A program made the translations under genes and the position numbers. From a virus (taxonomy: Duplodnaviria; Caudoviricetes), in the IMG/VR virus record IMGVR_UViG_3300009079_000101, positions 1-27,018 of that record: a stretch of 27,018 bases of DNA. One strand, given 5' to 3'. Below, piece by piece: positions 1-8,541 of the stretch. Below the pieces are notes generated by a model. It was not told the origin of the DNA. It saw only the letters and a program-made list of their open reading frames with translations, and did no database searches. Positions within the stretch are counted from its first letter, which is position 1; the number at the start of each line of letters is the position of its first letter.

Positions 1-1071
1 CATTGGATTAGTCATCCCTCCACTTGAAACGGTTGCCCAACTTGTCGTTGTTCCGTTTGTGGTTAAGTATTTACCACTATTGCCTGTTTGAGATGGTAAT
101 AATCCATCGGCAGTGTAAGTAGGGATATTTAGTGTATTGCTCACAAAAGTAGCAGAACCACTACTACCTGTTGTTGTGAGTGTAATTTGCGCTTGTGGTG
201 TATATCCTAAAATCGTGGCAATTGTTTTATTCTTCCATAATGAAGTAGAACTTTCATAGGTTAGAATATCGTTGTTTGTAGGAGTGGCAATAGCAACATC
301 ATGTAATTCGTCTAATTCATAGCCATTTTGAATCCGTAATACTATTGTTCCATTTGTCGGTGATGTTCGCGTAACTACACCAATATAAACAAGATGGTTA
401 GGTGCTGATGGTTTTACATTTGTAACATACCCTGCGTTATTTGGATCTAAATATAATTTATCACCATCTGATAATGTGACAGCAGTAATTGGGTGTGGTG
501 CTGTTGTCCGTGTATCTAAATTATCAACAAATCCTGCGCACATTACATACCCATCCGTATTATTAGGCATATCAACTAAAACCATCCCAAATGTACCTGC
601 TGATGTTGATTCAGCATTGGCTCGTGATAATGTAAAATTAGGTCTATTACCTGTTGAACCACTAATATAAACAATTGAACCTTTATATAAGGTTGCTCCT
701 GTTGAATTTCTCCCTAAAATAGTAATCCCTTCTGCTTTGTCAACCACCCCTGAATTATCCGTATCATAAACGGACTTCAACATCACATCAGTGAATAATA
801 CCCCACTATCTTTAATTAATTTGCCTGTTGTTCCATCAAATAGAACCACATCGCCATTTACGGACGAAGCAGGACCAACGACATCCCCAATCACTAAAGG
901 AATGGTTGGTTTGTTTTTAATGTAAGCGTATGATGTAATATCCGTTTCCGTCCAATCTGCTTGTACCTGTTCAGGTAAATCAGCATAATTCAATTTTTGA
1001 CGCGATAATTCCACCAATTTATTTTGGATGTATTGGAAGGAATAAACAGGATATACTTTTTGCGTTGACAT
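1..1071 (-). CDS. Tail fibre / receptor-binding protein, 3'-truncated at the window edge (absent from the ORF track)
   Basis: Manual translation from ATG at 1071 gives 357 open codons to base 1 (MSTQKVYPVYSFQY...). It carries motifs typical of phage fibres: VQADWTETD..AYIKNKP, GDVVGPASS..FDGTTGKLIK, LKSVYDTDNSGVVDKAE, IQNGYELDELHDV, LPSQTGNSGKYLTTNGTTTSW. Confidence 0.8.
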   Translation of the reverse strand, partial: MSTQKVYPVYSFQYIQNKLVELSRQKLNYADLPEQVQADWTETDITSYAYIKNKPTIPLVIGDVVGPASSVNGDVVLFDGTTGKLIKDSGVLFTDVMLKSVYDTDNSGVVDKAEGITILGRNSTGATLYKGSIVYISGSTGNRPNFTLSRANAESTSAGTFGMVLVDMPNNTDGYVMCAGFVDNLDTRTTAPHPITAVTLSDGDKLYLDPNNAGYVTNVKPSAPNHLVYIGVVTRTSPTNGTIVLRIQNGYELDELHDVAIATPTNNDILTYESSTSLWKNKTIATILGYTPQAQITLTTTGSSGSATFVSNTLNIPTYTADGLLPSQTGNSGKYLTTNGTTTSWATVSSGGMTNPM

Positions 1072-1075
1072 AGAA

Positions 1076-1083
1076 CAAAGTTA
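1076..1083 (-). promoter_or_regulatory. Bacteroidota -7 promoter box TAACTTTG, 4 nt upstream of the tail fibre ATG
   Basis: Exact match to the TAnnTTTG consensus, intergenic, directly downstream of a hairpin. Confidence 0.6.
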
Positions 1084-1092
1084 CAAATTAGA

Positions 1093-1114
1093 GGGGAATA
1101 CCGAAGCATCCCCC
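1093..1114 (-). terminator. Hairpin GGGGGATGC-TTCG-GTATTCCCC after the holin-like genes
   Basis: 9 bp stem with a cUUCGg tetraloop. G-U pairs favour the minus strand; the U-tract is weak (TCTAATTTG). Confidence 0.65.
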
Positions 1115-1124
1115 AACTAATTCT

Positions 1125-1373
1125 TTAAGGTTGTGATGTTTCTTCCAATTCCGAATGATCAACGGTTAACTTGGAAATGGCAGTTGCTACCGAACCGACA
1201 GCAATCATATATCCTCCAACTGCTACAATTGCAGTAGGAATAATAATACCACTTGCAGGTAATGCCACAATCGAAGCACCCACTGCACCAAGACCAATGC
1301 CAATCTTCGCAATTTTTTGGAATAGTTTAGGGCTTTTCGTTGTAAGCCTCTTTTTAATAGTTAAATCAGCCAT
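1125..1373 (-). CDS. Holin-like membrane protein (82 aa)
   Basis: Basic N-terminus followed by two hydrophobic segments (IGIGLGAVGASIVAL; AIVAVGGYMIAVGSVATAI). Confidence 0.55.
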   Translation of the reverse strand: MADLTIKKRLTTKSPKLFQKIAKIGIGLGAVGASIVALPASGIIIPTAIVAVGGYMIAVGSVATAISKLTVDHSELEETSQP

Positions 1374-1374
1374 A

Positions 1375-1593
1375 TCAATGGTGTTTTTTAGGTGTAATCC
1401 ATTTCACAATTAACTTGAAAAGCCATCCACCTAATGCAGTAATGAAACCAACAAATAAAGCCATTACTAACTTTATAATGAATTCATGCACTGTGCTTGA
1501 TAAATGAATCGAAAATAAGCCATAAGAGAATCCCCCTACAAAGCCTATTGTTTGTTCGATATGTACGGACAGCCAATCTCTGAAATGTGTCAT
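1375..1593 (-). CDS. Holin-like two-TM protein (72 aa)
   Basis: Two hydrophobic segments and a basic C-terminus (KWITPKKHH); abuts the next gene. Confidence 0.55.
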   Translation of the reverse strand: MTHFRDWLSVHIEQTIGFVGGFSYGLFSIHLSSTVHEFIIKLVMALFVGFITALGGWLFKLIVKWITPKKHH

Positions 1594-1607
1594 AGTTAGA
1601 AAATTAA

Positions 1608-1637
1608 AATAGGGGAATGTTACAGCACTCCCCTATT
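1608..1637 (-). terminator. Intrinsic terminator after the tail tube gene
   Basis: AATAGGGGAGTG-CTGTAA-CATTCCCCTATT followed by TTAATTT, immediately after the stop codon. Confidence 0.75.
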
Positions 1638-1638
1638 A

Positions 1639-2181
1639 TTAATCACATACAAAGATGCCATCAGGCTTCAAGTAAGGAACAGGGTGGTCCTCCTGGATGA
1701 ATGAGAAACTAACTTCCCAAACCACGCGTTTCTTCTTGTCATTCTGAATGACTGCTTTTGGTTGAATTGTAACCATACCTTCGGAAATGTGAACGAAGTT
1801 TTCAGAGCAGAAAGCAATCTTGTAATCCTTGTGGGCAGTTTTACGTGCTTTGTTATAAGCAACAGCGTTTGCTTCATAGTTGAAGTCGCTAAACATACCT
1901 TTGAATTCAGATGTTTCGTACTCTTTGTCATCATTACCAAATCCTTCACCGTATTGCTCAGTTCCTCCATCAAATTGTCCGTTAGTTTTTGGAATAACGA
2001 AAATTGAACCTGCGGAGATACCTGTTGCCCATTCGGTTGGATCGGTAGGATCAGTGAAAGCAAAAGATTTATGGATAAGAGCCACACCACGAATTCTTCC
2101 GTGTTCAATAGGAGCGCACGGCTCACATTGGAATGCACTCAAAGCCAAACATCCTGTGCCGTAAGTAGTACCGTAAGACAT
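1639..2181 (-). CDS. Probable major tail tube protein (180 aa)
   Basis: Follows three neck genes, has suitable size and beta-rich character, and is followed by a terminator as expected for a high-copy structural gene. Confidence 0.6.
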   Translation of the reverse strand: MSYGTTYGTGCLALSAFQCEPCAPIEHGRIRGVALIHKSFAFTDPTDPTEWATGISAGSIFVIPKTNGQFDGGTEQYGEGFGNDDKEYETSEFKGMFSDFNYEANAVAYNKARKTAHKDYKIAFCSENFVHISEGMVTIQPKAVIQNDKKKRVVWEVSFSFIQEDHPVPYLKPDGIFVCD

Positions 2182-2215
2182 TGTCTTTAAAGTTTAAAAT
2201 TAAATTGATTGTTTA

Positions 2216-2809
2216 CTACACCTCCGTGCAGTCGCAGATGCTGAAGCAATCCTTTTCAAAAGTCGAATCAATTGTATAATTGATAGCAAAATACAAGTGG
2301 TCGTTTTGCAAAATATTGCTCACACCTTTAAATTCCTGACCGAATAACGAATTTTTTTCGTAGTTCGTAGATGTTGGCACAACAAATAGGCTAAAGAATG
2401 GTTTAAGATTCATTTGCCCAAAAATTGCTCCCGATATGGCAGATTCTAATTCGTGTTCCGAAAGAAACCCTACTTTAGAGGACTGCGCCCACACAACCAT
2501 TTGCATAGTCGTGACCTGTTTAACGATTGAATAATCATCCCCATAATCTTCATCCTCCACAACGCTATATGTATTCCCAACTAATTTATGGTAAACGATT
2601 AAATTGTATTTGTCATCTAATACGATGGCTTTTGCATCTTTGCTATTTGGAACACGTACACCTGGAAAAGTGGCCGTTCCATTTTCTTTTAAAGTACGCG
2701 TGATTGGAATGGTGATGCCACTATATTGTGCCATCTGAAATTCTTGTGATGGCAGTTTCGCTTGAATCTGCGCATTGATATTTGCTACGATGTTACTTAG
2801 TAAGGGCAT
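2216..2809 (-). CDS. Putative tail terminator / neck protein (197 aa)
   Basis: Synteny (immediately before the tail tube); C-terminal CFSICDC. Confidence 0.45.
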   Translation of the reverse strand: MPLLSNIVANINAQIQAKLPSQEFQMAQYSGITIPITRTLKENGTATFPGVRVPNSKDAKAIVLDDKYNLIVYHKLVGNTYSVVEDEDYGDDYSIVKQVTTMQMVVWAQSSKVGFLSEHELESAISGAIFGQMNLKPFFSLFVVPTSTNYEKNSLFGQEFKGVSNILQNDHLYFAINYTIDSTFEKDCFSICDCTEV

Positions 2810-3239
2810 TGATTAACGCATCTTTGGCGATTTCACTCGCTATTTGTTCTTCTTCTTTTGTAAGAGCATAAACTGTATGCCCGAACCGATTATCATTCCA
2901 CACTGCCTTCTTATAGTTTTCCGCGTTGTTATATCCTAACCCATAGGAATTATTGCCAACTGCTTGAACAGTAAAATCATTCTCCATTTGTCTTGTCAAA
3001 GATAATACAACTTTTGAATCTGCTGTTCGGTTATATTTCCGTTGTCTTTCTCTAAGATACGCATTGCTATATGTTCCAATTTCACTCCCATCACCTGCTA
3101 ATCCATCATTGTGTATTCTTGCCTTCACAGGACCTAACAAAGCCGATGCGACTTCCAATGCAATGAACTGCTTAGTGGCATCGTTTAACTTTGCCTCCAA
3201 ATTGTTTATTAAAGCATCTATGTTAGTCGATACAGGCAT
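2793..3239 (-). CDS. Putative virion morphogenesis / neck protein (148 aa)
   Basis: RIH..G...DGS.IG.YS..Y and L.LTRQM pattern resembles phage tail-completion proteins; synteny. Confidence 0.5.
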   Translation of the reverse strand: MPVSTNIDALINNLEAKLNDATKQFIALEVASALLGPVKARIHNDGLAGDGSEIGTYSNAYLRERQRKYNRTADSKVVLSLTRQMENDFTVQAVGNNSYGLGYNNAENYKKAVWNDNRFGHTVYALTKEEEQIASEIAKDALINALTK

Positions 3240-4264
3240 TACATTCTTGATTCACGTACTTGATATGGATAATTGCACTCAATACAACAATTGCGCAAAC
3301 TGATTTCTATTCCATCCAACGCATTGGATAAACGCTTTTCATATTCCACTTGGAAGATGGCACGTAATTCTTCAGCATCTGCACGTTTAACGGTTGTAAA
3401 TTCATTTAATCGGTCAGAATAGGCTGTTTCAACCATCAATTCCGTACCTAATAGGTATAAGTAAGCATCCGCAAAATTCATCTTGTTATCGCAAACAATA
3501 CCATCATAAGAACAACCGATACTGAACACGCCTGTTAATCCAAATGTGTCCCAATTTTGATCATAAATAGTCGCATCTGCTCCGTGTGATTCAATACCAT
3601 ACAACATCGCGCGACAATTTGGTCCATAAAGGAATAATGAACACGATTGACATAAGCCATAAGCCGCTTGTGGAATTGGTAAACTAACGCTATCCAATCC
3701 ATTCGCATCATAATAGCACATTAATGCAGTAGTACGGAATGATTGATTTACGTTAATATCTTGCCATCCTGTTGTTGTAATGGTAATGTATTTGCTCCAC
3801 ATTGCCTCCCCTGTTTCTTTGTTCACAATTTGAACTAAAACAGGATTTGCAGGGATATTATCTGCATACAACGATAGGCTTTGAACGCGTATATGTTGTA
3901 ATTGTGTTTCTGCTAATTGGTTGCCATTTGGCACATATCCTAAATCTACACTAAAGCCACGATATTGTGTGCTTGTTGGTGTAGTTGCTACCGCAGGATT
4001 AAAACGCTTGCCCAAATTTATGGATTGCGTAATGGTTTTTAACTTGTAACGCTTCTTTAGGTAGTTGATAATGTCTTGTTGAATCTTCAAACCTGCACGT
4101 GCTTCAACTTCCTTAAATACCTCCACAAAGGTGATTTGTTCAGAATTGGCAATCATATCAATGCTCTGCAAGGTCACGCCTGGCAACGAATTGATGTATA
4201 AACCGCTTTCGCTTTCCGCGCCCTGACATCCTTTAACCCCTATGAAACCTTCAAAGCAAGACAT
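3239..4264 (-). CDS. Putative head-tail adaptor with an inserted beta-rich domain (341 aa)
   Basis: First gene after the capsid; helical N- and C-terminal parts; SDRLN motif and C-terminal CCIEC. Confidence 0.45.
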   Translation of the reverse strand: MSCFEGFIGVKGCQGAESESGLYINSLPGVTLQSIDMIANSEQITFVEVFKEVEARAGLKIQQDIINYLKKRYKLKTITQSINLGKRFNPAVATTPTSTQYRGFSVDLGYVPNGNQLAETQLQHIRVQSLSLYADNIPANPVLVQIVNKETGEAMWSKYITITTTGWQDINVNQSFRTTALMCYYDANGLDSVSLPIPQAAYGLCQSCSLFLYGPNCRAMLYGIESHGADATIYDQNWDTFGLTGVFSIGCSYDGIVCDNKMNFADAYLYLLGTELMVETAYSDRLNEFTTVKRADAEELRAIFQVEYEKRLSNALDGIEISLRNCCIECNYPYQVRESRM

Positions 4265-4283
4265 AATTTTTGATTTTATTGTG

Positions 4284-4291
4284 TAAAGATA
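4284..4291 (-). promoter_or_regulatory. Variant -7 box TATCTTTA overlapping the terminator U-tract
   Basis: One mismatch to TAnnTTTG, 19 nt upstream of the ATG at 4264. Confidence 0.4.
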
Positions 4292-4323
4292 AAAAGGGGA
4301 TTGATATAAACCAACCCCCCTTT
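4291..4323 (-). terminator. Intrinsic terminator after the major capsid gene
   Basis: GGGGGGTTGGT-TTAT-ATCAATCCCC followed by TTTTT; G-U pairs are consistent with the minus strand. Confidence 0.8.
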
Positions 4324-4345
4324 ATCATTTTATTGCTGATTCAGA

Positions 4346-5449
4346 TTAAGCAACGTTTGTAACTTCGTATGCCAATGAACCACGATTACCTGTAAGAACA
4401 TCACTTGCTTTGTAAGCATCAGTTGGGATTGTGTACAATCCGAAGTTTTTGCTCAAAATCATGTTATATCCTTTCTCGAAAGTTTCTTCACCTTCAGTTA
4501 CAGCACAATCGTTGTAACGTAATTGGTAATCGAACTTCACAGGAACCAATGTACCATCTGCGTTAGGCATAGGCAATGTGATTGTACCGAAGATTGAAGC
4601 ACCTGGCTTAGCACCTGCTTTGAAACCTTGATACTTCATGTATTCTACAATTTGGATAGCATCCTTTTCGTAAACTACGATGTCATTACCATTACCTTCG
4701 ATTGCATTACCCATAGTGTAATCCAAGAAGAAATCCATACCTGCCGCTTGTACACGTGTGTCCAAACCTGTGAATGAAGAACCTGTTGAAGCACCTGCTT
4801 GTAAGAACCAATTATACATCAAACCACTACCAACGATGATAGGACGTCCTGAAAAACGATTCTGCTTGAATTCGCTCATCAATTGAGTGACACCTGCAGA
4901 AAGGTAATTTTTAGTCGCATCGTTTGTGATGTTTAATGTAGTAGCGGCAGTTGAACCTGTAACGATGTTTTTACCTACGTTAGCAACTGCTAAAGCAACT
5001 AAATCTTCGTTAACACCTTGAAGAATTGCGTTAGCCGCAACCATCATTGAATCCAACATTTCGAACATCAATGGATTTTCAGGAGCCATGCCTGGAACCA
5101 ATTGCAATTGAGAAGCATAAGCATCAAACGCCGCAACTGTTTCGTCAGATAAACTGAAAGCCACTTGACGCACGTTAGCAACGCTAACTGTATCTTCAGT
5201 GTAAGGAATTGGCGCACCCATAGCACATGATAGGCTTGTAGATGTATCGCTAACTGTTAGACGCTTCTTTTTCTTAACTTTCACCGTCTTGAAGTGTCCA
5301 TCATAAGAATCAACTTTGATAGAACCTGGAGAGTGAGCAGTGTAAAGAGAAGCCAAGAACCCGTAAGGATCTAATTTGTACGCAGGGGTAGCACTTTTAG
5401 TAACTTCCTTCATCATCTGAAGTAACCCCAAAGAAAAACCATTTGCCAT
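4346..5449 (-). CDS. Major capsid protein (367 aa)
   Basis: Follows the scaffold-like gene, has typical HK97-fold size, visibly biased codon usage and a downstream terminator. Confidence 0.75.
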   Translation of the reverse strand: MANGFSLGLLQMMKEVTKSATPAYKLDPYGFLASLYTAHSPGSIKVDSYDGHFKTVKVKKKKRLTVSDTSTSLSCAMGAPIPYTEDTVSVANVRQVAFSLSDETVAAFDAYASQLQLVPGMAPENPLMFEMLDSMMVAANAILQGVNEDLVALAVANVGKNIVTGSTAATTLNITNDATKNYLSAGVTQLMSEFKQNRFSGRPIIVGSGLMYNWFLQAGASTGSSFTGLDTRVQAAGMDFFLDYTMGNAIEGNGNDIVVYEKDAIQIVEYMKYQGFKAGAKPGASIFGTITLPMPNADGTLVPVKFDYQLRYNDCAVTEGEETFEKGYNMILSKNFGLYTIPTDAYKASDVLTGNRGSLAYEVTNVA

Positions 5450-5511
5450 TTTAGTAAATGTTTGTTTTGATTGTTTAAAATAGATTAAGCAATTGCCTGT
5501 TTATTTTATGG

Positions 5512-6420
5512 CTATGCTTGACCTAATTGTGCGTTAATATCAGCAGTTAGTGATGCTTCAAATGCAGAAGTTTTACTAATGCCTCCATTCGGTTGGATAA
5601 CACCTGGAGCAGAAGTTGCAACAGGTTGTTTACCTTGGGCAGGATTACTACCCGACAGGTCAATTAACTTATTTTGGACGAGTGTTTCATCCACGAACTT
5701 ATCAATCAGGATTTGAGAGTTTTGTTTGTCTAATGCCATTGTTCCTTCTTTAGTGAACAATTGTAACTTACCTCCTTCATTCTTTACCACTAACCCCATC
5801 TCGCTCATTTTGTTCTGCAATGCAGTCATAGCGATTTGTTGTTTCATATCGGAAGCCATAGCATCAGGTAGTGCATACTTTTTAGAAGCCAACATATTGC
5901 TCAACTGATAATTAATCATCGATTGAGAATGGCTATCTAATAAAGATTGCTTTTCTTGGTTAAAGGTATCTTGCAACGCTTTGTAATCGTTAGTCAACTT
6001 GGTAACTTGCGCCTTCAATGCTTCTTCAGCATCGCTATTTTTTGGTGCTTTACCTTGTACTGATTTCAAAGCATCTAATTGCTCCTTCATAGCAGTTTCA
6101 ACCAACTTTAAACGCTTGAATGTTTCCTTTTCAGTAAGGATGCCTTCGCGTTTGTCATCGGCTAATTCTAATGTGTTCAAATAGTTTTCGATATTCTTAT
6201 CTACACCATTGAATACCTCCGCGCGGATTTTATTACGCACTTCAGGATGTTGTGAAGCAGTTTTAATGGTCAATGTAGATTCCAAGATGGCATCTGCAAT
6301 GCTTTGTTCTACTTCCACGTTAGTTGACAAAATATCAATAAACGCTTGTGATGATTGGTCAATAGTTCCAACCTTGTCTGCCAATTGTTTTACCAATTCG
6401 CCAATTTTGATTTTACCCAT
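5512..6420 (-). CDS. Capsid scaffolding protein (302 aa)
   Basis: Helical/coiled-coil, charged, with a low-complexity P/G/Q linker and short C-terminal helix; directly upstream of the capsid gene. Confidence 0.65.
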   Translation of the reverse strand: MGKIKIGELVKQLADKVGTIDQSSQAFIDILSTNVEVEQSIADAILESTLTIKTASQHPEVRNKIRAEVFNGVDKNIENYLNTLELADDKREGILTEKETFKRLKLVETAMKEQLDALKSVQGKAPKNSDAEEALKAQVTKLTNDYKALQDTFNQEKQSLLDSHSQSMINYQLSNMLASKKYALPDAMASDMKQQIAMTALQNKMSEMGLVVKNEGGKLQLFTKEGTMALDKQNSQILIDKFVDETLVQNKLIDLSGSNPAQGKQPVATSAPGVIQPNGGISKTSAFEASLTADINAQLGQA

Positions 6421-6439
6421 AATTATTGTTTTGTGATGA

Positions 6440-6865
6440 TTAGGTCAGTTCAGAAATGCGCTTTTTAACCGCTTTCAATATTGTTGAACGCTTGTCAGTA
6501 CCTGCAATGCGCTCTACTTCTTCAATTGTATGTGCTGAATTAATGAACCCTATCACCACTTTGGCATTCATAGGTGTTTCGATATCATTTGGCAATTCTT
6601 TTTCTTCCTGTGCAATTTGCATTGCTTGAAGTTCTGCCAATTGTCGCTTTAATTCAAGGATTTCATTGTCCTTGCTAATTTCTTGAACACTTGGTGTAGT
6701 GAAATAGCCTGACTTATTACGCCAAGCATTAACTTCCTCACGTGTTCCATAAAACCATCCACGCTCATTGGCTTGTAACATAAGATGCTTATGTGTTTCT
6801 GCCGTCAATCTGCTCATTTTGTATTCCAATCCTTTAGGGGATATGGCGATAATTGAATTAGACAT
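6440..6865 (-). CDS. Hypothetical head-module protein (141 aa; start revised to ATG 6865)
   Basis: The longer track ORF runs through the promoter region. ATG 6865 (MSNSII) lies 19 nt below a TACTTTTG box. The protein has a coiled coil and a small C-terminal helical domain. Confidence 0.65.
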   Translation of the reverse strand: MSNSIIAISPKGLEYKMSRLTAETHKHLMLQANERGWFYGTREEVNAWRNKSGYFTTPSVQEISKDNEILELKRQLAELQAMQIAQEEKELPNDIETPMNAKVVIGFINSAHTIEEVERIAGTDKRSTILKAVKKRISELT

Positions 6866-6884
6866 AATTGCCTCGTTGTTTTCA

Positions 6885-6892
6885 CAAAAGTA
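6885..6892 (-). promoter_or_regulatory. -7 box TACTTTTG driving the scaffold/capsid operon
   Basis: Exact TAnnTTTG match in a divergent intergenic region. Confidence 0.7.
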
Positions 6893-6900
6893 ATTTAGGA

Positions 6901-6932
6901 TTTGGATAATTGATAGGTTGTTTTTATCTTTA
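6901..6932 (+). promoter_or_regulatory. Promoter TTTG-N20-TATCTTTA for the thyX cassette
   Basis: -33 TTTG at 6901-6904 and -7 variant at 6925-6932, with Bacteroidota-type spacing. Confidence 0.6.
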
Positions 6933-6959
6933 CGGAACCAAATAAACCAAAGCAACCAA

Positions 6960-7577
6960 ATGAATAAAGTTGAATTAATAGGTCACTATGGCAATGACCA
7001 AATCCACGCACAATCTGCCTGGACTTCCACAAGTAGAGATTTAACAATAGAAAAAGTTGAACGCATCCCTGCTTTGTTGACTATGTTAGCAAAGGAAGGA
7101 CACCACACGCCATTTGAGAAAAGTAGTTTGCATTTTTTAGTAACAGTTGATCAAGCAACACACATCCATTTGTTAAAGCATCGCATAGGTGTGAGCATCA
7201 ATGGTGAATCTGCGCGATATAAGGAACTAAAGGAAGATAAACATTATATGCCTGAAGATTGGAATGAAAAATGGACAAATGCGCTGTTTACTTATACCAA
7301 TTTAGGCAATACACTATATCACGAATGCTTGGCTGATTTAACCCCTATTTTAGGTCGCAAAAGAGCAAAAGAATCCGCACGATTCTTTAAGACAATGAAT
7401 TCGCAGATTACTATGGATATAATGTTCAATTGGCGCAGTTTTGTTCACTTCCTGCACCTTCGTGATTCTGAACACGCGCAGGTTGAAGTACGCAATGTGG
7501 CTCGGCAAATGTTGGAGCAGGTAAAAGCAATCAATGGCAACCCATTTGAATTTACAATTAAAGCATTTAACTTATGA
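6960..7577 (+). CDS. thyX: Flavin-dependent thymidylate synthase (205 aa; start revised to ATG 6960)
   Basis: GHHTPFE, KHR-x8-SARY (variant of RHRx7-8SxR), NWRSFVHFLHLR and HAQVEVR motifs. Confidence 0.9.
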   Translation: MNKVELIGHYGNDQIHAQSAWTSTSRDLTIEKVERIPALLTMLAKEGHHTPFEKSSLHFLVTVDQATHIHLLKHRIGVSINGESARYKELKEDKHYMPEDWNEKWTNALFTYTNLGNTLYHECLADLTPILGRKRAKESARFFKTMNSQITMDIMFNWRSFVHFLHLRDSEHAQVEVRNVARQMLEQVKAINGNPFEFTIKAFNL

Positions 7578-7765
7578 ATTCACACCTCCTTCAATCCGTT
7601 ATTAGCGATTTAGAGAGCAGAGAGCAACGCGGAATAGCAAAATACAACACCACGATGGACCGAAGCGATTTAACGCATAAAGAGTGGCTACAACACGCAT
7701 ACGAGGAAGCATTGGATATGGCTTTGTACTTAAAGAAAGCAATCAATGAATCAGAATCTAAATAA
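7574..7765 (+). CDS. Small phage protein, possibly an all-alpha NTP pyrophosphatase (MazG-like)
   Basis: KYNTTMDR...WLQHAYEEALD..LYL with an EExxD motif; overlaps the thyX stop by 4 nt. Confidence 0.5.
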   Translation: MNSHLLQSVISDLESREQRGIAKYNTTMDRSDLTHKEWLQHAYEEALDMALYLKKAINESESK

Positions 7766-7802
7766 TTTCATTTCAATTTTAAACCTTCAAACAAACAATC
7801 CA

Positions 7803-8066
7803 ATGTCAGTAGAACTAAACCAAAAACCCGAACCTGTATTTGCAGATGGCATCTTATTTAAGCGCAGTCCAAATGCTCCTGATTTTGTAATCGGTCAAAT
7901 GTCCTTCAAAGTGGAGGAAGCCATTAATTTTTTGAAAGCCAATTCGAAGAATGGATGGGTGAATGTGGATATTAAGCGTGGTCGCTCGGGTAAGGAATAT
8001 GTGCAACTAAGCACTTACGAACCAAAGCCAAAACCAACTACTTCACACGATGATTCACCATTTTAA
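7803..8066 (+). CDS. SSB-like protein (87 aa; start revised to ATG 7803)
   Basis: Beta-rich core and acidic-aromatic C-terminal tail DDSPF; A-rich leader before ATG 7803. Confidence 0.5.
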   Translation: MSVELNQKPEPVFADGILFKRSPNAPDFVIGQMSFKVEEAINFLKANSKNGWVNVDIKRGRSGKEYVQLSTYEPKPKPTTSHDDSPF

Positions 8067-8334
8067 TTCACAACAATGTCAGTTCTGCCATTCCGCAATG
8101 AGTGGCAGAAAGGACAAAAAATATTGTTCAAATAAATGCAGAAATATGGCTAACAATGGCAAATCTGATATTAACGATAGTCCAATCAAAATAAGCATTA
8201 CCCTGAAGAATGTTCCGCAGGACATCTACTGCTTGTTGCTGGACAAACAAACCGAAATTAAGAAGAAAATTGGTGGTAACTTTGGACTTGAAGCAACCAT
8301 CTACAAATTATTGCGCGAAGCAGTTAAAAACTAA
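8050..8334 (+). CDS. Zn-finger plus ribbon-helix-helix-like putative regulator (94 aa)
   Basis: CQFC...YCSNKC, then ISITLKNVPQDIY...LEATIYKLLREAV, which resembles Arc/FitA-type RHH domains. Confidence 0.5.
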   Translation: MIHHFNSQQCQFCHSAMSGRKDKKYCSNKCRNMANNGKSDINDSPIKISITLKNVPQDIYCLLLDKQTEIKKKIGGNFGLEATIYKLLREAVKN

Positions 8335-8337
8335 TCT

Positions 8338-8541
8338 ATGTTAGACTACGAAAAAATGGATATTAATACTCTTAAAATGCTGTTTGATGAGTATAAAAAA
8401 ATGGAAAATAACAAAAGAGCAGAATTACGTGTTATAACTGCTGAAATTGAATTAATAGAAGCATTTTTAGACCATGCATCAAAATGTATATATAAAGCAG
8501 AACAATTTGTTAAAATAGAAAACGAAAAACCTAAACAATGA
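8338..8541 (+). CDS. Hypothetical coiled-coil protein (67 aa)
   Basis: Tightly packed in the operon; ATGA overlap with the next gene. Confidence 0.6.
   Translation: MLDYEKMDINTLKMLFDEYKKMENNKRAELRVITAEIELIEAFLDHASKCIYKAEQFVKIENEKPKQ

Noticed and set aside
6866-6959. Extended N-termini of the 6440-6955 and 6918-7577 ORFs
   Set aside because: They rely on TTG starts, overlap each other and cover the divergent promoters; downstream ATGs fit better.
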